A DNA stretch of 62,171 nt, filler included, from Stramenopiles sp. TOSAG23-2 (lineage: Eukaryota), in assembly GCA_900128395.1 (NCBI GenBank). It is 3 parts of 3 records of this genome, joined end to end, with 100 filler letters (N's around TTAATTAATTAA, not from the genome) between each part and the next. Parts side by side here need not be neighbours in the genome. Positions count along the whole stretch, not along the records: positions 20,801 to 41,446 come from LT649553.1; 2 more parts are not named here. One strand, given 5' to 3'. Shown piece by piece: positions 20,890-33,186 of the stretch; position 1 is the first letter of the stretch, and every line of letters begins with the position of its first letter. Under the pieces are notes generated by a model. The model ran no database searches, had not been told where the DNA came from, and saw nothing but the letters and a program-made list of their open reading frames with translations. A program made the translations under genes and the position numbers.

Positions 20890-22758
20890 TCACTTCTTTT
20901 GACTTGCCCAATCATGCAATGAACTTAATTTACTATCACTCCATGGCTCTTCTGGATTTTCATTTGGATCTCCACTTGTTTCTATTCCATTTGCAAATAA
21001 TTCATTCATGCTAGCATATGGTGCTGTATCTAATGGTGGTAAATTCCCTGTGCCTATCGTATTTGGTCGTTGCCTTTTTTGTTTTCCTATTGCAGATGTT
21101 GATTGTGATTTATTAATAGCTGGAACTTCATCACTAACCATTGTATTATCAACACCTAATGTTTTCAATGTATCAGTAGAACCAGCAATCATCATCCATT
21201 TCACACGTAATTTATTTGCCTCTGCTTGTATTTTACGAACTTCTTTTTGTGATTGATTTCTAGTCCAATCTAATTTATTTCTCAATTCGATATATTTTTC
21301 ATCCATTAATCGCAATTGATCTTCTAATATTCTACAACCTTCTCTTAATTCACGTATGACACGTTCACGACCACGATTTTTCATGATCAACGCTTCGTTT
21401 CTTTCTTTATATAAAACTAATTCTTTCTTTAAACGACGATTGCCGGAAGATGTACGAGCTTTTGCTGCAGCTTCATGTTTCAAATGTACCATTAATTTTT
21501 CGATGTGTTCTGACAATGCCTTGACACGTTCATTGCTACGCCTGGTATCCTCGCGAGCATGTGATGTTTTATCTTTTTGTATCGTTAATTTTTCTTGCGT
21601 TGCACTATAATTTTCCTCCGCTGTATTTAATAAATCACGAAATTTCATTGTTTCTTCTTTATATTTTTGTAATCGTTCATTTTTTTGTTGCAATGATTTG
21701 ACCTCCGTTCTTAAATCACTCATTTCCCGTTCAATCGTCTTAATACTTTCATATTTCCAACTCTCAGCATTTTCAATAGTTTTACCATTAGATAATTGTA
21801 AATTTGTTTTATCCAAACCTTCATCTCCGCCGTTCTCACCACCACCACTATTTGGACCTTGTGCACCATATGCCTCCGCTAATAATTTAATTAATTCTGG
21901 AAATGGAATATTGGAATATTTTTTCATTCGTGTAAGTTCAGATACAATAATTTGTGATTTTGATTTATCTTGATTCAAATTAGAATGTGTACTAGCAATT
22001 TCTCTCATAATAAATTCACGTACACTTTTCACTTCTTCCTTTGCTTTTGCGGCTTCTTGTTTATACTTTTTTATTGTATCCGATAGTTTTACATTTTTAT
22101 TACCACATTCGACTAATTTATTACCATATTTAAATATTTGATCTTCCGCTTCTCGTAATTTTTCACTTAATACAACTGTATTATTGATTTCCTCGATTTC
22201 ACGTACTTTATCATCCCATTCTTCTGTAAGTTCCATAGCAATTTTATTTGCTTCTTCCGCTTCTTTTTCCGCTTTTGCAAGTTTTTCTTTTATCTCTTCC
22301 AATTCGTTTTTCAATTTGTCTGAACCATCACTGTTCGTATTGTTAGACGTTTTGGATTCACCTTCTGTTTTCCCTTCGCTAGTTTTGCCACCGCCGCCAC
22401 CATTTGCAATTTGCTCTTCCAGCGTTGATATTTTAGCTAATGAAGAATCCAACTCCTCTTTTAATGTCTTTATTTCAACTGTACTCTTATCTAAACTTTC
22501 GATAAAAGAATGTTTTAAAGCATCTATTTTATCTTGTAACTCGTTGCTTTTTTCTTCTTCCTTTGCAGACTCGTCTAATAGTTCTTGATTATGTTTTACT
22601 TTTTCCAATAGTTTAGCATTTACTTCTTCATTTTTCTCTTTCAATTCTTCATTTAATTTCTTCTGTTGTGCATTTTCTCTCATTAACGATTCATTTGTTT
22701 CATTTAATTCAGCCAATTGCTTTTGCAACTGTTTCTTTGACGATTTTGATCCTAACAT
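20890..22758 (-). CDS. Long coiled-coil protein of unknown function
   Basis: Heptad E/K/L-rich ORF with a conserved-looking block LSEHIEKLMVHLKHEA...LEDQLRLMDEKY. First ATG at 22758. Confidence 0.75.
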   Translation of the reverse strand: MLGSKSSKKQLQKQLAELNETNESLMRENAQQKKLNEELKEKNEEVNAKLLEKVKHNQELLDESAKEEEKSNELQDKIDALKHSFIESLDKSTVEIKTLKEELDSSLAKISTLEEQIANGGGGGKTSEGKTEGESKTSNNTNSDGSDKLKNELEEIKEKLAKAEKEAEEANKIAMELTEEWDDKVREIEEINNTVVLSEKLREAEDQIFKYGNKLVECGNKNVKLSDTIKKYKQEAAKAKEEVKSVREFIMREIASTHSNLNQDKSKSQIIVSELTRMKKYSNIPFPELIKLLAEAYGAQGPNSGGGENGGDEGLDKTNLQLSNGKTIENAESWKYESIKTIEREMSDLRTEVKSLQQKNERLQKYKEETMKFRDLLNTAEENYSATQEKLTIQKDKTSHAREDTRRSNERVKALSEHIEKLMVHLKHEAAAKARTSSGNRRLKKELVLYKERNEALIMKNRGRERVIRELREGCRILEDQLRLMDEKYIELRNKLDWTRNQSQKEVRKIQAEANKLRVKWMMIAGSTDTLKTLGVDNTMVSDEVPAINKSQSTSAIGKQKRQRPNTIGTGNLPPLDTAPYASMNELFANGIETSGDPNENPEEPWSDSKLSSLHDWASQKK

Positions 22759-23636
22759 ATTTGTTTTATTTGATTTATAAACGTATATTGGTGTATAACG
22801 AAATCTAGAAAACAAGAATGATGTGTATTATTATTTAATTATATTATACACACAAAAAATTTAATTTCTATTTCAACACAATTCACGATTGATATTGCAC
22901 CCCGTTGCCTATATATATATATATATTACTCTATCTATCTATAAATATATATTACTCTATATGTATTGTATGTTTGTATCCACTACACATGGTTGTAATA
23001 CATGTTTTTATCGATTATAAAATCTATTTATTGACAACAAAGCCAAACGGTAAAAAAAAAACCATCTCATCAATCACACGGTATGCGTATGCTGTTCCAA
23101 CACCAAAACATCCATTATGAATAGTGTTATTTTTTTTCATATTTTGACAACTTTTTCCACTATTTTAAATAGGATCTTATTTATACTTGCAAGTCTACAG
23201 AACATTTTTTAAAAATTTCTCCAGGCTAACTGGCTATAAGCTAAATTCACTAAAGCGGCTACTAAGTACTAAACAGCAGCTATAAAAGCTAAAAAAAAGA
23301 AACGCAGCAGCAATAATTTTTTAAAAATTAGCAGGCAGTTAGGAGGGGATACGTATAGTACAGTAGCTACTTATATAGGAGGTGGTATGAAAAAAAAAAA
23401 TATCCCACCACCAATTATTCTAATTATAATAAATCAAATAATATATACAAAATTGAAAATGGTAGAAACAATAGATAGATAGAGATAATTATAATTTATT
23501 ATAATATACGCGTGTGCTTCTCTCTCTCTGTGTGTGTACATATATAGTACGTGAGAGAAAGAGAAATAAAATAACAAAGGAAAGAAATTCAAATAAATTA
23601 AATTTTAAAATATTTTGAAACATCATCATCATCATT

Positions 23637-25103
23637 ATGGCAGCATTAGCAGGTATTTATAATACTTTCGAAAAAACTCCTGCACATGATACGGTAGCTA
23701 TGGATATTGATGATGTAACAACTACTACTACTACTACTACGACGACGAATAGCAATGGTGCGAGTAATGGCGTTGGGAATCAAAATTCCTCATCTTCTAA
23801 TAGTAGTAATAATAATAATGCAATCGATGCAGAAACGGCTGAAAAGATTGGTAAAAAACGTACTTTGGATGCAAAATTAATAGCAGAAGAATATAAAATA
23901 TGGAAGAAAAATACACCTTTTTTATATGACTTAGTTTTAACACACGCATTAGAATGGCCATCGTTAACATGTGAATTTTTACCAACTGTACAAAATAACG
24001 ACGGGGATTGTTACAAAACACATAAATTATTGTTTGGTACACATACATCTACAGGAAATGATAATTTTCTACTTGTAGCAAATGTTAATTTACCAAAAGA
24101 TGAAACATCATTATCTACCGATGCAATTAATTCAATTGAAATGGGTCAAGGATATGACAAAGTTGATGCTAAAATTACCATTGAAAAATACATTAATCAC
24201 CCGGGGGAAGTGAATTTAGCCCGTCATATGCCACAAGATTCAAACATTGTCGCTACAAAAGCAATATCTGCTGATATTTTAGTATTTGATTTAAAAGAAC
24301 ATCCCATTTCAAAAGACGGGGAGAAACCAAAAGATAAAACTGTGAATCCAACAACATTATGTAAAGGTCATACCAAAGATGGATATGCAATGGCATGGTG
24401 TCCAAATAAAAAAGGATTATTATTGAGTGGTGCAGATGATAAATTAATATGTACATGGCAAGTTGATGAAACAAAGAATCAAAATACGGCTACGATATAC
24501 AATGGGCATACGGATGTTGTAGAAGATGTTAGTTGGCATAACTTGGATCCTAATGTATTTGCATCTGTTAGTGATGACAAATCGTTAATAATTTGGGATG
24601 TACGTGAAAATAATAAACAGAAGGCAAAAACGATATTAAGAAATGTGCATGATAAAGAAGCAAATGCTGTTGATTGGAGTCCATTTAAAGAAGATTTATT
24701 ATTAACTGCAGGTAGTGATCATATCGTAAAATTATGGGACATTCGTAGATTAGAAAGCAGCACGCCATTGCATACGTTTCGTGGACATGATAGTGAAATA
24801 TTTAATTTACAATGGAGTCCACATATGGATACTATATTTATGTCTGGTAGTAGTGATAGACGTGTATATGTCTGGGATTTAGCTCGGATTGGAGCAGAGC
24901 AAAGTGCGGAAGATGAGGAAGAAGGGCCAGCTGAGTTATTATTTATTCATGGTGGCCATACAGATAAAGTAAATGATATTTCATGGAATTTGAATGATGA
25001 TTGGGTAGTTGCTAGTGTGTCAGAGGATAATATTTTGCAAGTTTGGTCCATGGGTGAAAATATTTACAATCCTGGGTTTGCAATTGATAGTAATGCGCTG
25101 TAA
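23637..25103 (+). CDS. RBBP4: Histone-binding WD40 protein RBBP4/7 (MSI1, CAF-1 subunit C)
   Basis: EEYKIWKKNTPFLYDLVLTHALEWPSLT, INHPGEVNLARHMPQ, WDLARIGAEQSAEDEEEGPAELLFIHGGHT, SVSEDNILQVW. Confidence 0.95.
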   Translation: MAALAGIYNTFEKTPAHDTVAMDIDDVTTTTTTTTTTNSNGASNGVGNQNSSSSNSSNNNNAIDAETAEKIGKKRTLDAKLIAEEYKIWKKNTPFLYDLVLTHALEWPSLTCEFLPTVQNNDGDCYKTHKLLFGTHTSTGNDNFLLVANVNLPKDETSLSTDAINSIEMGQGYDKVDAKITIEKYINHPGEVNLARHMPQDSNIVATKAISADILVFDLKEHPISKDGEKPKDKTVNPTTLCKGHTKDGYAMAWCPNKKGLLLSGADDKLICTWQVDETKNQNTATIYNGHTDVVEDVSWHNLDPNVFASVSDDKSLIIWDVRENNKQKAKTILRNVHDKEANAVDWSPFKEDLLLTAGSDHIVKLWDIRRLESSTPLHTFRGHDSEIFNLQWSPHMDTIFMSGSSDRRVYVWDLARIGAEQSAEDEEEGPAELLFIHGGHTDKVNDISWNLNDDWVVASVSEDNILQVWSMGENIYNPGFAIDSNAL

Positions 25104-25187
25104 AAATTATTTTGGAGAATATATATTAAAAAAAACAATTTGGTGTGTGACTTTAGCAAGCTTAAGTATAAGTGTCATTATTTTTTT

Positions 25188-26228
25188 TTACTTCCTCTTC
25201 TTCTTTCTACCACCTTTTAATTTCCTGAATTTTGCTCTTTGTTCAAGTTTTCTATTTACAAATTGTCTATCTCTAAAACCACGATATACTTTTTGAATTT
25301 TTGTTGCTTGTTCATATACATATTGCTGCTTTAACAATTCGCGTTCTCTATCTCTTTCAATAAATTTTTGATCTACTATTTTCTTTGCCTTACGTCGCCT
25401 AGCAACTGTTTGTACCCTTAACGCTGCTCTATTTCTACGTCGTTTTATTTTTTCTAATATTGAACCTTTACATGCTTTCATGTTATACCACATTTTTTGC
25501 ATTGTTGCAGCTGCTTTATGTTGAGCTTTATTTCTACGATAAGCTGTTTCTCTTCTGGCCCAAGAACTACGTACCATACATTGAATTGCTGTTGCGCTAT
25601 TTTCTTTCTTTAAAAATTTCTGACGACGACGTTCACGTTCCTTATCACGCCTAGCTTTTTTCTCTTCCAATGCAACTTTTTGTCTCAAGACAAATGCTTC
25701 TTTATCTAACGCGCGTTTTTTTACATATTCCCGATGATATTTTCGTCTCATTTTCTGTATAAATGGTGATTGTAAACTGTTATCGCGATACATCCCAGAA
25801 GTTTCAAACGTCTGAGTAAATCTATTAGATTTCATTGCTTTTTTATCTGGTGTTATTAATACACCCGTAGCAGTTTGGTAAAATTCACCTAATTCTCTTT
25901 GTGTTGTTCTATATAATTCACTAGCACTTCTTCCAGCTTTTAAATTTGTATTATCGTTTGTTGGTAAATAACTGCCAAATGCAGATGGAGATCCCCCGCC
26001 TGTCATTTGTAAAGATGGTGACTTTAAGGATGTATTTAATTGAGACGACATACTATTGGATAATGGTGCCCAGCTCATTGAACGCGACATATGTCGTCGT
26101 TGACTCACACTTGGATTACTACTTATACGTGGCAAGAATGTTGCACTACCACTAGCACCATATGTATTAAACACAGATGATGTTGTATTTAAAATCTTTA
26201 ACATTCTCAACGATTCTGGGGTCGACAT
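25188..26228 (-). CDS. IQ-motif (calmodulin-binding) basic protein
   Basis: ATAIQCMVRSSWARR, AATMQKMW, ALRVQTVARR, ATKIQKVYRGFRDRQ. Confidence 0.75.
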   Translation of the reverse strand: MSTPESLRMLKILNTTSSVFNTYGASGSATFLPRISSNPSVSQRRHMSRSMSWAPLSNSMSSQLNTSLKSPSLQMTGGGSPSAFGSYLPTNDNTNLKAGRSASELYRTTQRELGEFYQTATGVLITPDKKAMKSNRFTQTFETSGMYRDNSLQSPFIQKMRRKYHREYVKKRALDKEAFVLRQKVALEEKKARRDKERERRRQKFLKKENSATAIQCMVRSSWARRETAYRRNKAQHKAAATMQKMWYNMKACKGSILEKIKRRRNRAALRVQTVARRRKAKKIVDQKFIERDRERELLKQQYVYEQATKIQKVYRGFRDRQFVNRKLEQRAKFRKLKGGRKKKRK

Positions 26229-26983
26229 GGTTTACAATGCGTTGTCAAAATATAATAATAATATCAATTGTTTGCTTTTTCTTGTATTATGAGTTGTATG
26301 TATCGTCAAGTTCATAGCTATTCATATGTATGTCTAGTACTATGTTACATACAGTATATATTGTGTGTATATTAATAAAAAAACGGAACTTTGGCACTCT
26401 TTTACTTTTACTTAATAAACTTTGTGGTTAGTGTTGTGTTGCCTCTCAGATTTTGCCTGCGGCTGCTATGTAGCTCTATGCTATTACGCTATTACCAGCT
26501 TTTGCCAGCAGAGTTTTAGTTGTAATAGTAGTGGGAAATAGTCAATAATACTTGATATTATACTTGGTACTATCGATACCCACTAACACGAAAACTAAAA
26601 CACTAAAAACTAAAACCTATAAACTATAAAACCTAAAACACCCTACTGGGCCTATACTAATACTCTAATACTATACCTAAAATACCAAAACACTTGATAT
26701 AGGACTTCTCTGTATACTGTTGTAATATTGTTTTACTGTTGTATTCTTTTCATAGACTACAACCAAGTACCCAGTAAATTAAGTAAAATAAAGAGACAAA
26801 ATAAAGAGTTTCCTCTGTCCACTCTAAGCCTAACTCTTTTTCTTCTTCTTCTTTTGCCTGGCTTGATGTATTTATTTTGGTATTTATTGGCATGCATTTT
26901 TTTTGAACACACATATACACATATACACACATAGATACGCATATACATTAATATATAGATACATAAAGCAGAACGAAAAAAAC

Positions 26984-28582
26984 ATGTCGAATTCCCCAAT
27001 ACAAGCAAGGCGATTACAAGCGTTGACGGAGAATATCAACCATGTTAATGAAAATAGTGCATATACAAATTTAACACAAGAGCAAATTAATTCGTATTAT
27101 CAAAATGGATTTGTAATATTACGAAATGCGTTTACACCAGAGGAAGTAAAAAATATGTATGATCCAATTATTAAAGCATATGAAGAACATGATTATGAAG
27201 CATCTCCAGCATATGATAGACCAAAGCATATTGGGTATGGACCAAGAATAACTGGTGCACAACCAGATAAATATTTATATCCAAAACCAGGTAATTTTCC
27301 TATGAGCTCGAGAATGATGGATAGAGATCCAAAGATAGTTCCAAGAAGTTGTGAGCACCCGTTAGTTGTAAATAGTTGCGAAACATTATTAAATGATCGT
27401 GCAATTTTATCGCAATATCAAATATACTGTCGTACACCAGGTGCAAATGGTACCGGTAAAGCATCAGAGGAAACACAAGGTTTCGGTAGTCATTATGATT
27501 ACAAACCATGGAGGCCTGTTGGATCTTTTTTAAATTGGATGTTTGCTATCATACCTTTAGTTGATTATTCGAAAGAGGTCGGCCCCTTATTATTATCTCC
27601 TGGTTCTCATCTTAAATCACGTATATTGGATACACATGATGATCGTATCCATTTAGTTGAAACTGGTTGTTTACCAGAAGCATCTGCAATTAATCTTGTT
27701 GATGGTGAATTGAAAGCTGGTGATTTATGTTTAATGAATGGTTTCACTTGGCATGAAGCATGGCCAAATCGTTCAAATATTACACGTATTGGATTGTATT
27801 TAAAATTTCATGGGGAACACTCTCCACCTGCTACTGGACCATTAATACATCCAAAAACAGCATTGAAACATGCAAATAGATATTCACATATCTTTGCAAA
27901 TAATTTTCGTGATGATAATAAATTTTCTGCAATTGTTGATTTTCATGATGGTGGATGTGCACCATCAAATGTTATTGATCGTGTTAGTATAGTCTTAGAA
28001 AATGCAAATGATCAAAAAATATTATGTGTAAAGGGTAAACATTTATTGCCTGAGATTGATGCAAATGAGACTAGGCAATATACCAATAGGCAACGCAATG
28101 CATTGCAATATTTAGATGCCGGAAATGTCATTGATACAATTCTCATGCATTTAGTAGAAGAAATTGAGGTTGAAATGCCATATGTGAGCTGGATATGTGA
28201 TGAAAAGAAAAAAGATGCATTTGGCAATATAATATTAAATCGTATATATGCCTATCGTATTACAACGGAAGAAGAACATGTTATTAATGAAAATTTATCA
28301 AAAGATAATAGCAAATATGAATGGATCGATACAAATGATTTGACAAATGAATATGTGAAAAAAGTATCATATATGTGGATTAATAGTGTGAATGAAAAAA
28401 ACGAAAAAGTATTAAGAAGTGCTGGATTCAGCCATCCAAAACATAATAAAATGCTTGCAACTACTTATAATGGTCCGGGAAATCCAATTGATAAATATGT
28501 ATGTGGTATTCGTTTAGGGGTGAACAAAGGTATTCAACCTCCACCAATAAAAATGAAACGACAAGGAAAGAGTAAACTTTAA
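26984..28582 (+). CDS. Phytanoyl-CoA dioxygenase (PhyH) family Fe(II)/2OG dioxygenase with extra C-terminal domain and PTS1
   Basis: LTQEQINSYYQNGFVILRNAF, HYD (HxD), GPLLLSPGSH, LKAGDLCLMNGFTWHEAWPN...R; ends in SKL. ATG at 26984. Confidence 0.85.
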   Translation: MSNSPIQARRLQALTENINHVNENSAYTNLTQEQINSYYQNGFVILRNAFTPEEVKNMYDPIIKAYEEHDYEASPAYDRPKHIGYGPRITGAQPDKYLYPKPGNFPMSSRMMDRDPKIVPRSCEHPLVVNSCETLLNDRAILSQYQIYCRTPGANGTGKASEETQGFGSHYDYKPWRPVGSFLNWMFAIIPLVDYSKEVGPLLLSPGSHLKSRILDTHDDRIHLVETGCLPEASAINLVDGELKAGDLCLMNGFTWHEAWPNRSNITRIGLYLKFHGEHSPPATGPLIHPKTALKHANRYSHIFANNFRDDNKFSAIVDFHDGGCAPSNVIDRVSIVLENANDQKILCVKGKHLLPEIDANETRQYTNRQRNALQYLDAGNVIDTILMHLVEEIEVEMPYVSWICDEKKKDAFGNIILNRIYAYRITTEEEHVINENLSKDNSKYEWIDTNDLTNEYVKKVSYMWINSVNEKNEKVLRSAGFSHPKHNKMLATTYNGPGNPIDKYVCGIRLGVNKGIQPPPIKMKRQGKSKL

Positions 28583-28785
28583 AAAAAGAAAAATAGAGAT
28601 GTATGTGTGTTATACATGTAAATGTATCCTAAAATATCATCGTGTCTCATTTACCATTTACATTGTAGTGCTGAGCTATTGTACTAGGTAATGAGCGCTA
28701 TAAGTAGTTGTTGTTTTGTTAAAGCAATGTAGTATACCAGGTACGAATCGTATGCACATATCATAGTTTGATTTAATAATTAAGT

Positions 28786-31700
28786 TTACCCTTGTATCAC
28801 TGTAGATGATACTCTAACCTGATCCATCTTTGCATCATTATTATTACCCTCCCCACGCCATAATCCTTCAACCTGTTTAGTCGATAAAACTGGCAGTGAA
28901 CTTTCTTTTGTATTTGCTTTGTTTATAAATTGGAGAAAAGTATCAATATTCACTTGAATTTCCGCATTATTTCTTTTTACAACAGCAACTGATGGACCAG
29001 AAATAATTTTCATAAGTTCATGAATTTCATTTGCTTGTATAAAAATTCCTAACTGTTGTAAAGCAATTTGAAAATCTTTCAGACCAATTTGACCATTTAT
29101 GCTACCTTTATAAAAATGAGTAGCAATATCTTCAGAGGTCAATCCGTTTTGTTTCATTTGCTTTCCATCCTTATCGTTGATGATGATGGCATCTTGTTTG
29201 GCTGTAGAGAAAATTTTGTACAATCGCTGTTCAACTTTTTGTATGACGTTACGACGAACAGGTGAATACATGGCTTGCATAGCACTTGTGCTTTTTCCAT
29301 TGCAGACTTTAATTTTTAGTTTTTTTTTCTTCCCCCCCCTTTGTTGGATATTAATTTTTGCACGCATCTTCCAGCTGTGAAAGTATGGTTGTAAAATTTT
29401 AAATTTACCAATATATTCTGTAATAGATTTTATATCGTGCAACGGGGTATCATTATTCTTTTCCTCGTTTAAATAATGTACATACTGTTCAATTTTCCTA
29501 ATAGATGCGTGAAAAAGGCGTTTTATGCATTGGCAATCTTGTAATTCACCACTTAAAGAATGCCATTTGCCAGTATTTGGTACCAGTATGTGAATTTCTG
29601 AATTTTCATTTTTCCATATTTCTTTATGTTTTAACTCATCCTCAAAGAAATAATTTAGCTTCATTAAAAGCACATTAGTAAACAAACCCAATGGTCCAGT
29701 TGCAAAGCCATTACTATGGCTATCGCAAAAATTAAAGCGCTCCCTGATGTTACTAATTGAACGCATAAACTCAATTTGATCCGAATTCATGTTTCTTTTA
29801 TATGTAGTTGGTGAAATAATGTTGGACAAAGTCGTTAAATCATTTGTAAACAAAATACAGTATTTTGTACTAAACCAATTTGCTAATTTTGGCTGTGTCT
29901 GGAGTAACGTAGTCGATAGTTCTTTGCCTGGTACAAATAGATCCCTCGTATCAATAGGTTTCTTTTGTTGAATGTTATCACTAATTAAACTGCGTTTTTT
30001 TACCAACGGACTTTTATTATTAACAATATTGTTATTTGATTTGTCATGCGGCGGCATGGGTGTCATTTTTTTATTTTTATCATCAAAAACAATGATATCG
30101 ATTCTATCCTTAATAACATTTTTGCTTTTTATGATATCCTTGTTATCCTCCACTGTTATATTTAAACGAGAATGGTGCAAAATAGATTTCTTCCATTCTT
30201 TCAATCTATTTTTTTCAGTTTCCCTAATTCCTATCAAGTTTAGATATTTCTCATCTTTGATCAAAAAATCGATCCATTTTATGACTAAATCTTCCTTCTT
30301 TAGCATAGACATTAAATTGATCTTTAACTTCCGTTTAAAGGCATTTAGTGAACCAATGCAAATCTCCAATCCTGTTTGTCGTAAAAATTCTGCATCTGAT
30401 ATCTCGTTTTCATCAAAATCTTTTGGTGGAGCATTAACTTTATTTTCGACTTTAAAAATCATACAATGTTAGAGAGGATATACATTTGGTAAAAAGAACA
30501 TCAATGTTGAATGTAAGAAACTTACATTCGATTTGTTTAACAGAATTTATTGTACGATATTTTGCAGTTTCAAATTTATGCAAATTTTCAGGTAAAACAC
30601 TTATATCATTTTCTTTCTTCCATGGTATATTTCTACCTTTAATTATTAAAATTACGTCCTGTGGGGCATAGCGTATAAAAGTGCAATGTGTTAGAGACGT
30701 TATCTTGTATAGGGTTAGGGAGATAGAATTTTACTTACTCGTTCCTGTGTATCCATTTCTAGCAGCTCGCTTATAAAAAATCCACTCTTAGTACCGTTAA
30801 CTGGGACTTTTACGTACGTTTTTTTGTTTCTGATTTGTTTAATTTCAAGTAGTTTTTCAAATTCCAATTGACCACTTAATATTCGTCTTATCTTTCTACT
30901 TTGGGCACTTGTACCCGACGAATTTTTGCCTAGTTGAATGTTTATTTGCAAGGGTGTTAAGCCATCAGAGTTTTTTATGCGTCGAATGCCTGGGTCTTGC
31001 TTTAAAATTTCTTCAACTGCGTACACTTTTTCATAATATACTGCTCTATGCAACGCTGTATCTCTACTATTTTTAAAAGATGCATCATGGGATCGTAATA
31101 CGGTGTCACCAAAGTTTACAGCATCATCTTTACTTTCATTATTATTATTATTATTATTTCTATTATCCTTATCATTATGTTCGTTCTGTACTACTCCCCC
31201 TTTAATCATGTATTTAAATAATTTCCTATTTTTAATCGCTGTTTGGTCGTTTTCACCTTGAAACTTTAAATTTTCAATTGCGAAAAATATTGGTGTATTT
31301 CCATTGGAATCCATTTGCAATAAAACATTTCTAACACCACCACAGCGTGTTAAAAAATTATATATACATTTTTGATTTAAAAAGCTATATACATGCTCAC
31401 ATAATAATATACGTTCAGGGGACACATATAACATGTGATTAATTAAACCATATAATCGCTTTCGTTCTACTTTGTTTACATCCTTCGGAAGGATGCTATT
31501 ATAGACTTTGATTATTTTTTGTATTGGAAATTCACCCGTCTGTATATCTTTCATACCTAATTGACCAGATGTTCCACCATTGTTACGTAATTGTAATAAT
31601 TTGTTGAAAATATTTTTCTCTTTGTTTTCATCACTGCCACTCTCCACGTCAAGAAGTGCCACTTTGTAGCAATTTTCCTGTAGAAGAACTTTGAAATTGC

Positions 31701-33186
31701 AAAATTGATTTATCATATGCTTCATCAATGATAACCAATCGTTACTATTTCCACCTTTTGCGCCTTCATACACTGAGGCATATGTTTGTAAGACTACAAT
31801 AATTGGCGTTTCTTTTCCTGTTCGTCCGTCTTTAGTTTGTGACAATGCTAATGTTGCTTGTATTGCTATTTCCTCTATTATCTCAGCGTCCACCTCCTCT
31901 GATAATTCTAATCGCTCGTACATATCATTTTTAATTCCAGCTGTATACAATTCACGTTCTCGTGTAGCTACAATTTGTAACATTTTCCCTTCCAAAACAT
32001 GATCGCGATATTCACGAAACTCTTGAACCGTTTTTTTAATATTTTCTTCCAATACTAATATTTTATCTTCAACGCGTACATCTTCTTTCATTTTTTTGTT
32101 CTTCTCTTTGTCCTGTTTTCGATAGTTTGTCAAAGTAAATAATTCCTTTTTCATTTCATTTATTTGTGCTTTGCTAACTTTTTTAAATTTTTTCTTTTCT
32201 TGATTACTTGGGAGATTATCTAAATGCAATTTGAACTTCAAAAATAATTCTGTTAATTCGCTTGACGTAAATTTCTCTTCCTCAAAAGTATCATCATTAT
32301 AGAAGCCATCCTCTTCATCAGAACTACTACTACTACTACTACTACTACTATCTTCGTCATCATCACTATTCTTACGTTCCTCATCCTTTTTTTCTTTTCC
32401 TTCTTTGCCTTCCTTTTCTTCAGACGCTTCTAATTTTGCTTTTTCTTCTTCAAAATTTTCAATTAAATCTTCCACAACCGCAGCATTTGGTTTGTTTAAT
32501 TCTTGTAATAGTAATTGTTTTAGATCTTCCCCATTAGTAGCTTTTGTGTCGCCGTCTATGATTTTTGCTACAATATCATCTGAATAAAATAATTTTAAAA
32601 CTAATTTTCTAATATGTTCATTTTCAAGGTCTTTATAAATAATATTATTGCAATAATCAAACTGTTTAATTATTTTGCGATTTACAAATAGCATTTTTTT
32701 GACCATTTTATAAACAATATTTAATAATTCAGGTAAAGTATTGTATTCTAAGCGAGATAACGGGTGGGTTTCATCTTCATCAATAAAATGATCTTTTCCA
32801 TAACATTGCAGTAACTCGTACTCGTATTGACTGATTGATTTTTGGGAGTTATTTTTTGTTACATTTAATTGATCTTTTCCTCCATATTTATTATAAGAGA
32901 TATTAAACAAAATTACATACCACTCTGTTAACTGGTCGAAATTTGTTTGTGAATATGCTTTATTATTTTCGGTCTGTGAGAAGTAATGCTTAATGACTAA
33001 TCCAAGATCATCTCGTCTTGCATAAACATTTAATTTATCAAATACATAAGTTTGTAAAGTTTTTACGACAAAATTTAATAGTTCTTCTTGAGATTCTGCT
33101 TTGATGATATTTTCCAAATGCTCCATGGACGTATTCATCCAATGTTTCGCATGGTGATCAAATAATGTTTTTATAGGAGACGACAT
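28786..33186 (-). CDS. Ankyrin-repeat protein with C-terminal EF-hand-like region; one 3-exon gene (33186-30739, 30658-30526, 30449-28786; 1414 aa)
   Basis: DSNGNTPIFFAI, RDTALHRAV and NSDGLTPLQ ankyrin motifs. Two GTAAGT..TCTCTAACA..AG introns join the two track ORFs and a 133-nt middle exon in frame (phases 0 and 1). Confidence 0.8.
30450..30525 (-). other. Spliceosomal intron, 76 nt
   Basis: GTAAGT donor, TCTCTAACA branch motif, AAG acceptor, phase 1. Confidence 0.82.
30659..30738 (-). other. Spliceosomal intron, 80 nt
   Basis: GTAAGT donor, TCTCTAACA branch motif, CAG acceptor, phase 0. Confidence 0.82.

Noticed and set aside
26600-26690. Degenerate (A/C)CTAAAA runs resembling interstitial telomeric repeats
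   Set aside because: Irregular low-complexity upstream sequence with no perfect tandem units
30711-30720. AGGGTTAGGG telomere-like sequence
   Set aside because: Under two units and inside an intron; chance
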